A DNA stretch of 32,000 nt, taken from positions 109,496 to 141,495 of the forward strand of contig CAKTSY010000006.1 in NCBI GenBank assembly GCA_934613415.1, read 5' to 3'. Shown here in pieces: positions 9,510 to 17,460 of the stretch. Each line of letters opens with the position of its first letter. Within the stretch, counting starts at the first letter, position 1. The stretch comes from an uncultured Opitutales bacterium. Lineage in GTDB: Bacteria; Verrucomicrobiota; Verrucomicrobiia; Opitutales; Intestinicryptomonadaceae. A program made the translations under genes and the position numbers. The notes below the pieces were generated by a model. The model was not told where the DNA came from and did no database searches. It saw nothing but the letters and a program-made list of their open reading frames with translations.

Positions 9510-10163
9510 ATGGTTAAAGTTTTAAGAAATTCAATCATTACGGGGCTTATAATTATTCTGCCCTTAACGGTAACGCTGTTCATACTCTATTTTTTGATAA
9601 CAAAAATAGGCAGCCCTGTAAGCCAAACAGTTATAGAACCCCTTATAAAGCAACTGGGTTTTCACATTTCCGATTCTCCGCTTTGGAGCATTTTGTTCAA
9701 CTTTATAGCCACACTTTTTGTTATGGTTATAATTGCAGTTGTGGGTTTCTTTTCGAAATTCTTCTTCGGCAAACTGGCAATAAACCTTTCGGAATCGCTT
9801 ATTCATAAAATACCTATTGCCAAACAGATATACAACACCGTTAAGCAGATTGTAGATACGTTTTCCAAGCAGAACAAGGCGGTTTTTCAACAGGTTGTTA
9901 TGGTAGAATTTCCTAGCAAAGGGCTTTATTCTATAGGCTTTTTAACAAGCACAGCCAAAGGCGAAATTCAATCTAAAACGGGCGAAACCGTTGTTAATTT
10001 GTTTGTGCCTACAACACCAAATCCCACAAGCGGATTTTTAATTATGGTGCCGAAGCAAAATGTTACATATCTTGATATGTCGGTATCGGAAGGTATGAAA
10101 CTTATAATTTCGTTTGGAGCCGTTACCCCTAATTGGACGCCTGCCGAAATTGACGGAAAGTAG
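9510..10163 (+). CDS. DUF502 domain membrane protein
   Basis: N-terminal TM segments (IITGLIIILPLTVTLFILYFL, ...LFVMVIIAVVGFF) and the conserved FVPTTPNPTSGFLIMVP block. ATG 9510 lies just after the ybeY stop, and the upstream extension to 9450 overlaps ybeY. Confidence 0.75.
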   Translation: MVKVLRNSIITGLIIILPLTVTLFILYFLITKIGSPVSQTVIEPLIKQLGFHISDSPLWSILFNFIATLFVMVIIAVVGFFSKFFFGKLAINLSESLIHKIPIAKQIYNTVKQIVDTFSKQNKAVFQQVVMVEFPSKGLYSIGFLTSTAKGEIQSKTGETVVNLFVPTTPNPTSGFLIMVPKQNVTYLDMSVSEGMKLIISFGAVTPNWTPAEIDGK

Positions 10164-10758
10164 AATAGCCGAATGCATAGTTCTCGACAAGGAATTGCGC
10201 GCCGAGAACTTTATGATGTTTACCGTTCTTTCGAAAGAGCTTGGGTTAACCTATGCTCTTAAACGAGTTTCCTCTAAAAAGCAGACTTTTTTGCCGGATT
10301 ATTTTGATATAATTTCGGCAAAGCTTTCGGTAAAATCCAAAATTTCGCCTTTTTTTATGGAAAGTTTTGAAATAAGCGAAAAGCTTTGCGAAAATTCGGC
10401 AAACTACAATTCGCTTGTTGCAATGGGCAAGATTGTAAGGATAATAATAAAAAACGCCCCTTTTTTGGAAGACTGTTCAAGAATATATAAAACATTTTCT
10501 TTAGCGGTAAAGTCGTATAAAAACACAAACACGCCCGAAATTGTTAACATAAAATGGCTATACGACTTTGCTAAAAGCGAAGGCTACCCTGTTAGGGAAG
10601 ACTTTTTAAGCACCCTACCCGATTTAGATTATAATAGCTTTTTAGAAATTGTTAAAACGCCCGTTTTAAGCTGTGTTGTAGATAAAGACAGCGCAAAACA
10701 CCTTTTAAAGTTGTTCGAAACTTGGGTGTCTTTAAAAACAGACATAGTTTTAGAATAG
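10114..10758 (+). CDS. Hypothetical protein, possibly a short RecO-like recombination mediator
   Basis: The N-terminus AECIVLDKELRAENFMMFTVLSKELGLTYALKRVSSKK...FLPDYF resembles the RecO OB-fold start. A later WLYDFAKSEGYPV resembles the RecO helical block. There is no zinc-finger Cys pairs. The start is uncertain: TTG 10114 or TTG 10150, both overlapping the DUF502 gene. Confidence 0.45.
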   Translation: MEPLPLIGRLPKLTESRIAECIVLDKELRAENFMMFTVLSKELGLTYALKRVSSKKQTFLPDYFDIISAKLSVKSKISPFFMESFEISEKLCENSANYNSLVAMGKIVRIIIKNAPFLEDCSRIYKTFSLAVKSYKNTNTPEIVNIKWLYDFAKSEGYPVREDFLSTLPDLDYNSFLEIVKTPVLSCVVDKDSAKHLLKLFETWVSLKTDIVLE

Positions 10759-10768
10759 TTTTATACAC

Positions 10769-10800
10769 AAAAAAAGGCGGTGTTGCCCCGCCCTTTTGTT
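10769..10800. terminator. Bidirectional intrinsic terminator between the convergent RecO-like gene and mnmG
   Basis: GGCGG (10776-10780) / CCGCC (10788-10792) stem with a 7-nt loop, flanked by an A-run on the left and a T-run on the right. Confidence 0.5.
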
Positions 10801-10802
10801 TG

Positions 10803-12632
10803 CTACTTAAAAAGCTGTATAAGCAAAATGTTTATATCGGCCGGAGATACCCCCGAAATGCGGCTTGCCTGCCCAAGCGTTATGGGTTGTATTTTTGTAA
10901 GCTTTTGAGTGGCTTCAAGCCTTAAGCCTTTTATCGAAGAATAATCAAAATTGCGCGGCAACTTTTTGTCTTCTATATGCCCCATTTTTTCTATGTGCTT
11001 TAGATCGCGCTCTAAGTAGCCTTTGTATATTACCCTATACAAGATTTCGTCTTTAATCGGTTTTGAAAGTTTTTTAAAGGCTTCGGGTAAATTTTCGGCA
11101 AAGCTTTCGCCCTCTTGCCTTAGCTTTAATGCCCACGAGCCCCCTTCTATCTTCTTAACCCAGCTTTCGGTAAGCTCTATTTTCTTTTTAATATTTTCAA
11201 GGCGTTCCTTGGGCATTAGCGAATATTTTTGGGCATATTTGTAAAGCCTGTGTTCCGCGCTATTGTGATTAAGCAAAAGCCTATATTCTGCCCTGCTTGT
11301 AAACATTCTATAGGGCTCGAATGTGCCTTTATTTACCAAGTCGTCTATAAGAACGCCAATGTAGCTTTCGTGGCGTTTTAAAACCATAGGTTCTATGCCC
11401 GCAATTTTTGCCGCGGCGTTAACGCCTGCTACTAGGCCCTGCCCTGCAGCTTCTTCGTAGCCGCTTGTACCGTTAATTTGCCCGGCGCAAAACAGGTTTT
11501 CCACAATTTTAGACTCTAAACTTGCATATAGCTGCGTAGGCGGCGCATAGTCGTATTCAACGGCATAGGCAGGTCTTGTCATTTGCGCGTTTTCAAGGCC
11601 CGGTATGGTTCTTAAAATCATTGATTGAACATCTATAGGTAACGATGTAGACAAACCGTTTATATACCACTCGTCGGTATAGCGACCTTCAGGCTCTAAA
11701 AATAGCCTGTGCCCCTCTTTGTCCGGAAACCTTACAATTTTATCTTCTATACTTGGGCAATAGCGCGGCCCTATTCCCTTTATCTGGCCGCCATACATTG
11801 CAGATTTGCCCAAATTCTCCTTTATAACCTTGGCCGTTTCCAAATTTGTGTGTGTTTCCCAACAGCACATTTGGTCTTTGCCAAATCCTGTAAAACCCAT
11901 CAACTTTTCGGATTGTTCCACATGGAACATTTCGCCCCTTGTTTCGTAAAAGGCAAACAATTGAGGAACTTCGTCGCCGTTTTGGCGCACGCATTTTGTA
12001 AAATCTACGGTTTTTCCCAATATTCGCGCGGGAGTTCCGGTTTTAAGCCTTTCTATCTGGATTCCGTTTTCCCTTAAAGAATCCGAAAGGTTTTCGGCCG
12101 AAATATCTCCCATTCTGCCTCCCACGGTTTTATTAAAGCCAACGTGCAAAAGACCTTTTAAAAATGTTCCAGTTGTAAGGATTGCGGCTTTACAGGCAAA
12201 ACTTTGCCCCAAGTTGGTTTTAACCCCCGCAATTTTACCGTTTTTTACTATAATATCTGTAACAATCGCCTGAAATATGCTTAAATTTTCGGCAAGTTCC
12301 AGAACGTGCTTCATTCTAAATTGATATGCCTTTTTGTCGCACTGCGCGCGCGGACCTTGAACGGCAACACCTTTAGAACCGTTTAAAACCTTAAAGTGTA
12401 TACCGCTTGCATCGGCATTTATTGCCATTTCGCCGCCCAAAGCGTCTATCTCTCTTACAATGTGCCCTTTAGCCAAACCGCCTATTGCCGGGTTGCAGCT
12501 CATTTGCGCTATCGTATCTATATTTCCGCTAATAAGCAATGTGCTAGCCCCCATTCTTGCCGAAGCCAAAGCTGCTTCGCACCCTGCGTGACCGCCGCCG
12601 CACACTATAACCTGATATTCGTTCTTTAACAT
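10803..12632 (-). CDS. mnmG: tRNA uridine-5-carboxymethylaminomethyl(34) synthesis enzyme MnmG (GidA)
   Basis: [31 protein letters not shown]-binding N-terminus, [29 protein letters not shown] at 12632 is preferred; the track's TTG at 12653 adds 7 aa. Confidence 0.95.
   Translation of the reverse strand: MLKNEYQVIVCGGGHAGCEAALASARMGASTLLISGNIDTIAQMSCNPAIGGLAKGHIVREIDALGGEMAINADASGIHFKVLNGSKGVAVQGPRAQCDKKAYQFRMKHVLELAENLSIFQAIVTDIIVKNGKIAGVKTNLGQSFACKAAILTTGTFLKGLLHVGFNKTVGGRMGDISAENLSDSLRENGIQIERLKTGTPARILGKTVDFTKCVRQNGDEVPQLFAFYETRGEMFHVEQSEKLMGFTGFGKDQMCCWETHTNLETAKVIKENLGKSAMYGGQIKGIGPRYCPSIEDKIVRFPDKEGHRLFLEPEGRYTDEWYINGLSTSLPIDVQSMILRTIPGLENAQMTRPAYAVEYDYAPPTQLYASLESKIVENLFCAGQINGTSGYEEAAGQGLVAGVNAAAKIAGIEPMVLKRHESYIGVLIDDLVNKGTFEPYRMFTSRAEYRLLLNHNSAEHRLYKYAQKYSLMPKERLENIKKKIELTESWVKKIEGGSWALKLRQEGESFAENLPEAFKKLSKPIKDEILYRVIYKGYLERDLKHIEKMGHIEDKKLPRNFDYSSIKGLRLEATQKLTKIQPITLGQASRISGVSPADINILLIQLFK
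11914..11929. repeat. Palindromic 16-mer TGTTCCA-CA-TGGAACA inside the mnmG coding sequence; partner of the 13085-13100 site
   Basis: Read directly from the sequence. 7-bp inverted arms with a 2-nt centre. It is the exact reverse complement of the 16-mer at 13085-13100. Confidence 0.9.
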
Positions 12633-13008
12633 ATCTATAAAATTTAGCGGCAATTCTTAGCCGATAAAAAATTTTTCTCAAGATAAAACAAAAACACTTT
12701 AACAAGTCTCTTTATTTACTCTTGTTTGCAAAAAATAAAAAACTTTTAAATCTTAAAAAATTTACATTTTTATAAATTTATTTTTCAAAACGCCTAAATG
12801 CACATATTTTATAAAATAGGGTGGGGCACCTTTACAGTTTGCTAAAAATATATAATTTTTTATAAAAAAAGAGCGGTTTTTATAAAATTCTAAAAAGGCT
12901 TTACTAAAAACGCACAAAAATACCCCAAAAAGGCGCGTTTTTCTAAAAAACATATAAATACTAGGGAAACATCTAAAAAATCGATTCTAGAGGCATTTTT
13001 GAAGCCCG

Positions 13009-13081
13009 TATTTTTTATATTTTAGTTTTTTTATATTTTTAATATTTATTTTATATATTTAAAAATAATGAAACAAAAATA
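13009..13081. other. Near-pure A/T tract (DNA-unwinding-element-like) abutting the 13085-13100 palindrome
   Basis: 73 nt with only three G/C bases (13025, 13070, 13074). Confidence 0.8.
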
Positions 13082-13084
13082 GAT

Positions 13085-13100
13085 TGTTCCATGTGGAACA
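13085..13100. repeat. Palindromic 16-mer TGTTCCA-TG-TGGAACA in intergenic DNA; candidate protein-binding site
   Basis: 7-bp perfect inverted arms with a 2-nt centre. The bottom strand reads TGTTCCACA, a 7/9 match to the DnaA-box consensus TTATCCACA. Confidence 0.85.
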
Positions 13101-13332
13101 TTTGTAAAATTTTTGGCTAATCTAAAATTGCCAAAAAATTCAGGTATTTTGCCAAAGATTTATTCAGACTAAAAAATAAAATGTTTCTTTTAAAATTTTT
13201 AACTAAACAAAAAATAAAGGAAAAAGAATAAATCCTTTCCCTTTAGATGTTACAAAGCGATATGAAATTTTTTACATTTTATAAAAATCTTTATCTCAAG
13301 TTTTTTTAAATCATAAATTTTAAAAGTCTGTT

Positions 13333-14379
13333 TTAAAAAATATTTCTGCAACAGGCATCGTATAACGCGCTTCCTATTGCGTTTATTTCGTTAAAATACA
13401 CAAGTTTTTGCGCCCACATTGCGGGAATTTTTTCGGTTTTAAATTCGGCACCAAGCAGGGCACCTATAACAACTCCGCGCCCGGTTGGTTCGCCGCCCAA
13501 ACTTGCATTTACCCTTAAAGCTTCTTGCAGGTTGTCTTTATATTTTAAAGCCAAAAATATACTTAAAGGCAGTGCGTATTCAACGTGGCCGTTTACACCT
13601 AAAAACTGCTTTGCAACGCTTTCGTTACTGTGGTTTTTTATCCAGCGCCTATATGGAAAGGTCAATGCTAAATGCATTTCGTTTTTCATCTTTTCGTACA
13701 AAACGGTTTCAAGGTCGAACCCGTTCATTAAATATGCCAATATTTTAGAAATAAAAACAGAAGAATTTAAAGAAGCTTCGCTTTTAACAAACTTTTTAAG
13801 TATTTTAAATTGGGCATCGGTAGACTTTTCACTATTAAAGGCATAGTATAATAGCAACGGGAACATTGCCGTTAAATCGCTTATATTTGCCTCTTGCACG
13901 CCGTTCTTTTTAGGGTCTAAACCTTTATTTAAATTTTCAAAATATCTTCTGTGCATAGAAGGCACATACAAGTCGCTATAGCCGTTTTTACCGGTCATAA
14001 TTGCGTGGTATCTTGCAAACCATTTTTCGTCGTTATAGCCGTTGTTTGTGCAAAAATCGTTCGCCAAATGAAGTGCCAAAAACATTGGCAACGTGTTTTC
14101 GCCTGCCTGCAAAGTTTCGTGATAATGCGTTCCGGGGCGTTTCCAAAATATAAGTTTTTCGCCGATATAGTCGTATTGTTCCTTTAAATCCGGAATTTTT
14201 ATAAGGCTAATATTGCTTTCTATATGTGGCGATTTAGGCTGTAACATTTCACATACGTCACCGTATTCGTCTTTAATTAAAGCCATGTCAGTATAGCCGC
14301 GGCATGGCATTGCAAGGGCGTCTCCCGTAAATGCGGCCCACCAAGCACCCAAAAACCTATCTTTATTTATAGTAGCCAT
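13333..14379 (-). CDS. ADP-ribosylglycohydrolase (ARH/DraG) family protein, divergent
   Basis: 348 aa. N-terminal DRFLGAWWAAFTGDALAMP matches the ARH N-terminal GDALG-type block. C-terminal LGGEPTGRGVVIGALLGA aligns with the usual GGDTDT..A.AGAL.GA block. AAGGA lies a few nt upstream of the ATG. Confidence 0.75.
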   Translation of the reverse strand: MATINKDRFLGAWWAAFTGDALAMPCRGYTDMALIKDEYGDVCEMLQPKSPHIESNISLIKIPDLKEQYDYIGEKLIFWKRPGTHYHETLQAGENTLPMFLALHLANDFCTNNGYNDEKWFARYHAIMTGKNGYSDLYVPSMHRRYFENLNKGLDPKKNGVQEANISDLTAMFPLLLYYAFNSEKSTDAQFKILKKFVKSEASLNSSVFISKILAYLMNGFDLETVLYEKMKNEMHLALTFPYRRWIKNHSNESVAKQFLGVNGHVEYALPLSIFLALKYKDNLQEALRVNASLGGEPTGRGVVIGALLGAEFKTEKIPAMWAQKLVYFNEINAIGSALYDACCRNIF

Positions 14380-14632
14380 ATGTAATTTCCTTTCTTATAC
14401 AAAAACCCAACTCTTTTGCGAGGCAAAGTTAAACGAAATATAAAACGTATGTCAAATAAAAATTGTACTAAATACACTGTAAAAATTTAAATTTCTTTTA
14501 AAAAAATTTGCGCTTCAAACCGTATATTGCAACTTATCTTTAAAAATATACTTGCATTGACAAAAAAAATTTGAGATTTTATTCCGATAATTTTGGCGTT
14601 AAAGCCTAAAAAAAATTATAAAAAAACAACAC

Positions 14633-14708
14633 GGGAGCATAGCTCAGTGGATAGAGCAGCGGTTTTCTAAACCGTTGGTCGTGGGTTCGAGTCCCTCTGC
14701 TCCCGCCA
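14633..14708 (+). tRNA. tRNA-Arg (anticodon TCT), CCA encoded
   Basis: Cloverleaf folded by hand. Acceptor GGGAGCA/TGCTCCC, D-stem GCTC/GAGC, anticodon stem GCGGT/ACCGT with loop TTTCTAA, T-arm GTGGG-TTCGAGT-CCCTC (one U-U mismatch), discriminator G, then CCA. Confidence 0.9.
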
Positions 14709-14715
14709 CTTTAAA

Positions 14716-14772
14716 ACGCAGGCAATTTTTAAATTTAAAGGGTTTAAACTTTGTCTGCGTTTTTTGTTTTTT
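14716..14772 (+). terminator. Probable intrinsic terminator after tRNA-Arg
   Basis: ACGCAGGCA (14716-14724) pairs with TGTCTGCGT (14752-14760, one G-U), followed by TTTTTGTTTTTT. The loop is unusually long at 27 nt. Confidence 0.45.
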
Positions 14773-15494
14773 AAAAAAGAAAGTTTTTAGTTTAACTAAA
14801 TCGCGTTTTTGCCTCTCTTTAAGGATAATGAAATAAAACCGCTCATCGTCAAAGATATTGGAATGATGATAAAATGAGTAGAAAAAAAGAAAAGCAAAGA
14901 AGACAAAAGTTCTACAACACCTCTTATGCTATTTAATTTTTATAGAGTGATACGAAGTTGGCAAAAAGATAGAAACAAAGAGAACAAGATAAACTATTTT
15001 TTTGAATTTATGTTTTCTTGCTTTAAGACAAATCTTAAAAAACAATGTACATACCTTTGCAAAAAGGTTTTGTTTAGATTAAATGCTTTTCTTAAAGATA
15101 TATTTTTTGGTCAGCTGTCCTTAATTTTATGCTTACTATTTATATCTTATTTATAAATTAAAAAATTCAGTATAAGTAAGTAGGGCGTGTAAATATGTTA
15201 AAAACTTTGTATCTTACTATTTATAAGAATTATATAAAAAATTTATATGTTAGCAGACTCTAAAATTAAAACTAAAAAGTGGCTGGCTTTTAACACGCCA
15301 AAGTTATAAAGACTAAAATAACAGCCCTTTAACAAGTTATTTACAATTTTTGGTGAATAAATAGTTTTTACAAAAGTATATAAAAAGCTTGATTTATTTT
15401 TAAAAAGTAAAAGACTTGTACGCAACAATTAGGTATTGCAAGGTTGTTTTTTTGATTTTGCAGTATAAATTTAACAGCAAACAATAAATATATT

Positions 15495-16763
15495 ATGAAG
15501 TTTAAACTTATCAGCTTATTGGCGGCGGCCGCATTTATCGGCGTTGCAGCTCAGGCTCAAGACAAGGCTTTGCTTGAGACTTTGGTTAAAAAAGGTATGC
15601 TTTCCAAACAGGAAGCCGCACAGATAGCAAAAGAAAGCGTTGCGGTTGCTCCCAGCTCTTCGGAAACTAAGTCTATTAAAATTAAAGGCGGCGTAACTGG
15701 CTGGTACGAATGGAGCCAGGTTGGCGTAGACGGCGGCGACAATTTGCCCGAAAGCAACGGCTTTACAATGAGATACGTTAAAGTAGGTCTAGAAGCTGAA
15801 ATAGGTGGCGGCTGGACTGTAGACGTAACTACAGACTTTGGAACAGAAGGACAGAACCGCAATTATTTGGACAACGTTACAATTTCCAAGAGAGTAGATT
15901 ACGATTCAATTAACGGCACTGTAGACTTCGGTTTTAAAAAGGTAAACTTTGGTTTAGAACAAACCCAAGACGACTTTAAACAGTTGGCTATCGAACGTTC
16001 TATTGCCACATGGTTCTTTACAAGACCTGCCTATATCGGCACTGGAAGGGGTCAAAAAGATTTTGCTTCGCGCAATACTGGCATATTCTGGAATGGCGAA
16101 ATAAAGCAGCTTGAAGGTTTGTATTACGGCTTGGCTGTAACAGGCGGTATGACCGAACAAATCTACAACAATACCAACGACAACAACAAACTTTCGTTCT
16201 ATGCAAATATGGGTTATAAGAACTATGCCGAAGTTAACGGCGAAGGCATTTCTTACGACTTTGGTTTGAATTACGGCTACGCAAGCGGTGGCGTTCAAGA
16301 TTCCGGGCACAGAACATACAGCGTATGGGGTCTTAACCCTTATGTAAGCGCAAAATGGCGCGGTTTAACTGCAATGGTTGAATATTTCTTCCAGCAAATT
16401 GAAAATAGTAAGGCAAGCGGCGACCAATCTTCTCCCCAAGGCTGGAACGTAACTATTGCATGGAAGCAAGACTTGGGTGAATGGGGTGCAATAGAACCCG
16501 TATTTCGTTTCTCTTGCTTGTCTACAAACGGCAATAAATACAATTCTTCGTACGGCATTTCCTACAACGAAGGCGCGGGAACATACTTCTTCGACAGCGC
16601 ACAAACATACTACATAGGCGCAAACTGGTATGTAGTTCCCTCGGTTAAATTCTCGTTGGGCTACGAATATATGAACTTTGAAGACGGCGGTACATCGCGT
16701 ACAAGCACCGACGGCAGCGCAAGCGGCAACAGCGTAAGAGCCCAGTTGCAGGTTGTATTCTAA
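15495..16763 (+). CDS. Outer-membrane beta-barrel porin (phosphate-selective porin O/P-like)
   Basis: Signal peptide MKFKLISLLAAAAFIGVAAQA. LLETLVKKGMLSKQEAAQI helix as seen in this porin group. Alternating aromatic/Gly-rich strands. C-terminal beta-signal ...VRAQLQVVF ends in Phe. Confidence 0.75.
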   Translation: MKFKLISLLAAAAFIGVAAQAQDKALLETLVKKGMLSKQEAAQIAKESVAVAPSSSETKSIKIKGGVTGWYEWSQVGVDGGDNLPESNGFTMRYVKVGLEAEIGGGWTVDVTTDFGTEGQNRNYLDNVTISKRVDYDSINGTVDFGFKKVNFGLEQTQDDFKQLAIERSIATWFFTRPAYIGTGRGQKDFASRNTGIFWNGEIKQLEGLYYGLAVTGGMTEQIYNNTNDNNKLSFYANMGYKNYAEVNGEGISYDFGLNYGYASGGVQDSGHRTYSVWGLNPYVSAKWRGLTAMVEYFFQQIENSKASGDQSSPQGWNVTIAWKQDLGEWGAIEPVFRFSCLSTNGNKYNSSYGISYNEGAGTYFFDSAQTYYIGANWYVVPSVKFSLGYEYMNFEDGGTSRTSTDGSASGNSVRAQLQVVF

Positions 16764-16788
16764 TAGTAAAAAATACAGATTTAAAAAG

Positions 16789-16821
16789 GGCTTCAGGCAT
16801 TCGTGTTTGAAGCCTTTTTTA
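16789..16821 (+). terminator. Intrinsic terminator of the porin gene
   Basis: GGCTTCA (16789-16795) / TGAAGCC (16808-16814) stem followed by TTTTTT. Confidence 0.6.
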
Positions 16822-16909
16822 TTGTAAATAATTGGGAGTTTATTTTTTATGCGCGGAAAATTTTCCGACTATTTTTTGTTGATTTTTCTAAAAAAGTAAA
16901 AGTGCACAA

Positions 16910-16949
16910 AAAAAGCTTTTACCTAAAAAATTTGGTAAAAGCTTTTTGT
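16910..16949 (-). terminator. Intrinsic terminator downstream of ispF (structure is bidirectional)
   Basis: AGCTTTTACC (16915-16924) / GGTAAAAGCT (16935-16944) perfect 10-bp stem, extended by A/T pairs, with T-runs on both strands. Confidence 0.55.
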
Positions 16950-16971
16950 TTTTAAATAAATAATTTTTTTA

Positions 16972-17460
16972 TTAGTCTACTTTTGTAATAAGGCAAACAG
17001 CGTGGGCTGCAATGCCTTCTTTTCGGCCTATAAAGCCCATCTTTTCGTTTGTGGTAGCTTTAATGCCAACGTCGCATTCTTCAACCTTAAGCGATTTTGC
17101 CAAAACCTTTTTCATTGCTGCTATATGCGGCATAATTTTTGGTGTTTCCGAAATTACAGTGCAGTCGATATTGCCTATTTTATAGCCCAATTTTTCTATT
17201 TCAGACACAGCTTTTTTGATTATGTCTTGCGAATCCATATCTTTGCAGGCATCGCTTGTATTCGGAAAATAGTAGCCAATGTCGGGTAGGGAGGCAGCTC
17301 CCAAAATAGAGTCTGCAATGGCGTGGCTTAAAACGTCGGCATCGGAATGCCCCAGAATGCCAAGAGTGCTTTTAATTTCTACGCCGCCTATTACACAACG
17401 GCGGTTTTCGGACAGCTGGTGAACGTCGAAACCGAAACCTATTCTATATTTTTGATTCAT
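16972..17460 (-). CDS. ispF: 2-C-methyl-D-erythritol 2,4-cyclodiphosphate synthase
   Basis: 162 aa. RIGFGFDVHQL, GHSDADVLSHAI, and the ATTNEKMGFIGRKEGIAAHAV blocks. Confidence 0.95.
   Translation of the reverse strand: MNQKYRIGFGFDVHQLSENRRCVIGGVEIKSTLGILGHSDADVLSHAIADSILGAASLPDIGYYFPNTSDACKDMDSQDIIKKAVSEIEKLGYKIGNIDCTVISETPKIMPHIAAMKKVLAKSLKVEECDVGIKATTNEKMGFIGRKEGIAAHAVCLITKVD

Larger units (their letters stand above)
12767..13286. repeat. Dispersed copies of the 10-bp A/T palindrome TTTTATAAAA in the mnmG-upstream spacer; function unknown
   Basis: Exact copies at 12807-12816, 12858-12867 (embedded in the 14-bp palindrome TTTTTTATAAAAAA), 12878-12887 and 13277-13286. One 9/10 copy at 12768-12777. 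TTTACATTTT precedes the copies at 12761 and 13271. Confidence 0.85.

Noticed and set aside
12633-12653. TTG start for mnmG at 12653
   Set aside because: ATG at 12632 gives the canonical MnmG N-terminus immediately before the GGGHAG FAD loop. The 7 extra residues are unsupported.
12762-12953. 63-aa ORF (minus) in the mnmG-upstream spacer
   Set aside because: Phe/Lys/Asn-rich translation of AT-rich DNA, with no ribosome-binding site and no motif. Most likely non-coding.
13085-13100. SOS/LexA-box interpretation of TGTTCCATGTGGAACA
   Set aside because: It contains GTTC/GAAC half-sites, but the arrangement and spacing (TGTTC-N6-GAACA) fit neither the GAAC-N4-GTTC Cheo box nor the TGTTC-N4-GAACA type I recall for some lineages. 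No SOS-type gene is adjacent.
14557-14595. Sigma-70-type promoter for tRNA-Arg (TTGACA at 14557, GATAAT at 14586; also TAATTTTG at 14588)
   Set aside because: The TTGACA/GATAAT spacing is 23 bp, too long. The TAnnTTTG-like element has no properly spaced upstream TTG. Not enough to call a promoter in an unknown lineage.
14926-15428. 76-aa (+) and 61-aa (-) ORFs between the tRNA and the porin
   Set aside because: Low-complexity translations of AT-rich sequence with no SD or recognisable domain. Kept only as part of the non-coding-tract finding.
14633-15494. Genomic island integrated at tRNA-Arg
   Set aside because: No integrase, transposase or other mobile-element gene, and I found no direct repeat of the tRNA 3' end downstream. 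Only the unexplained non-coding tract remains.
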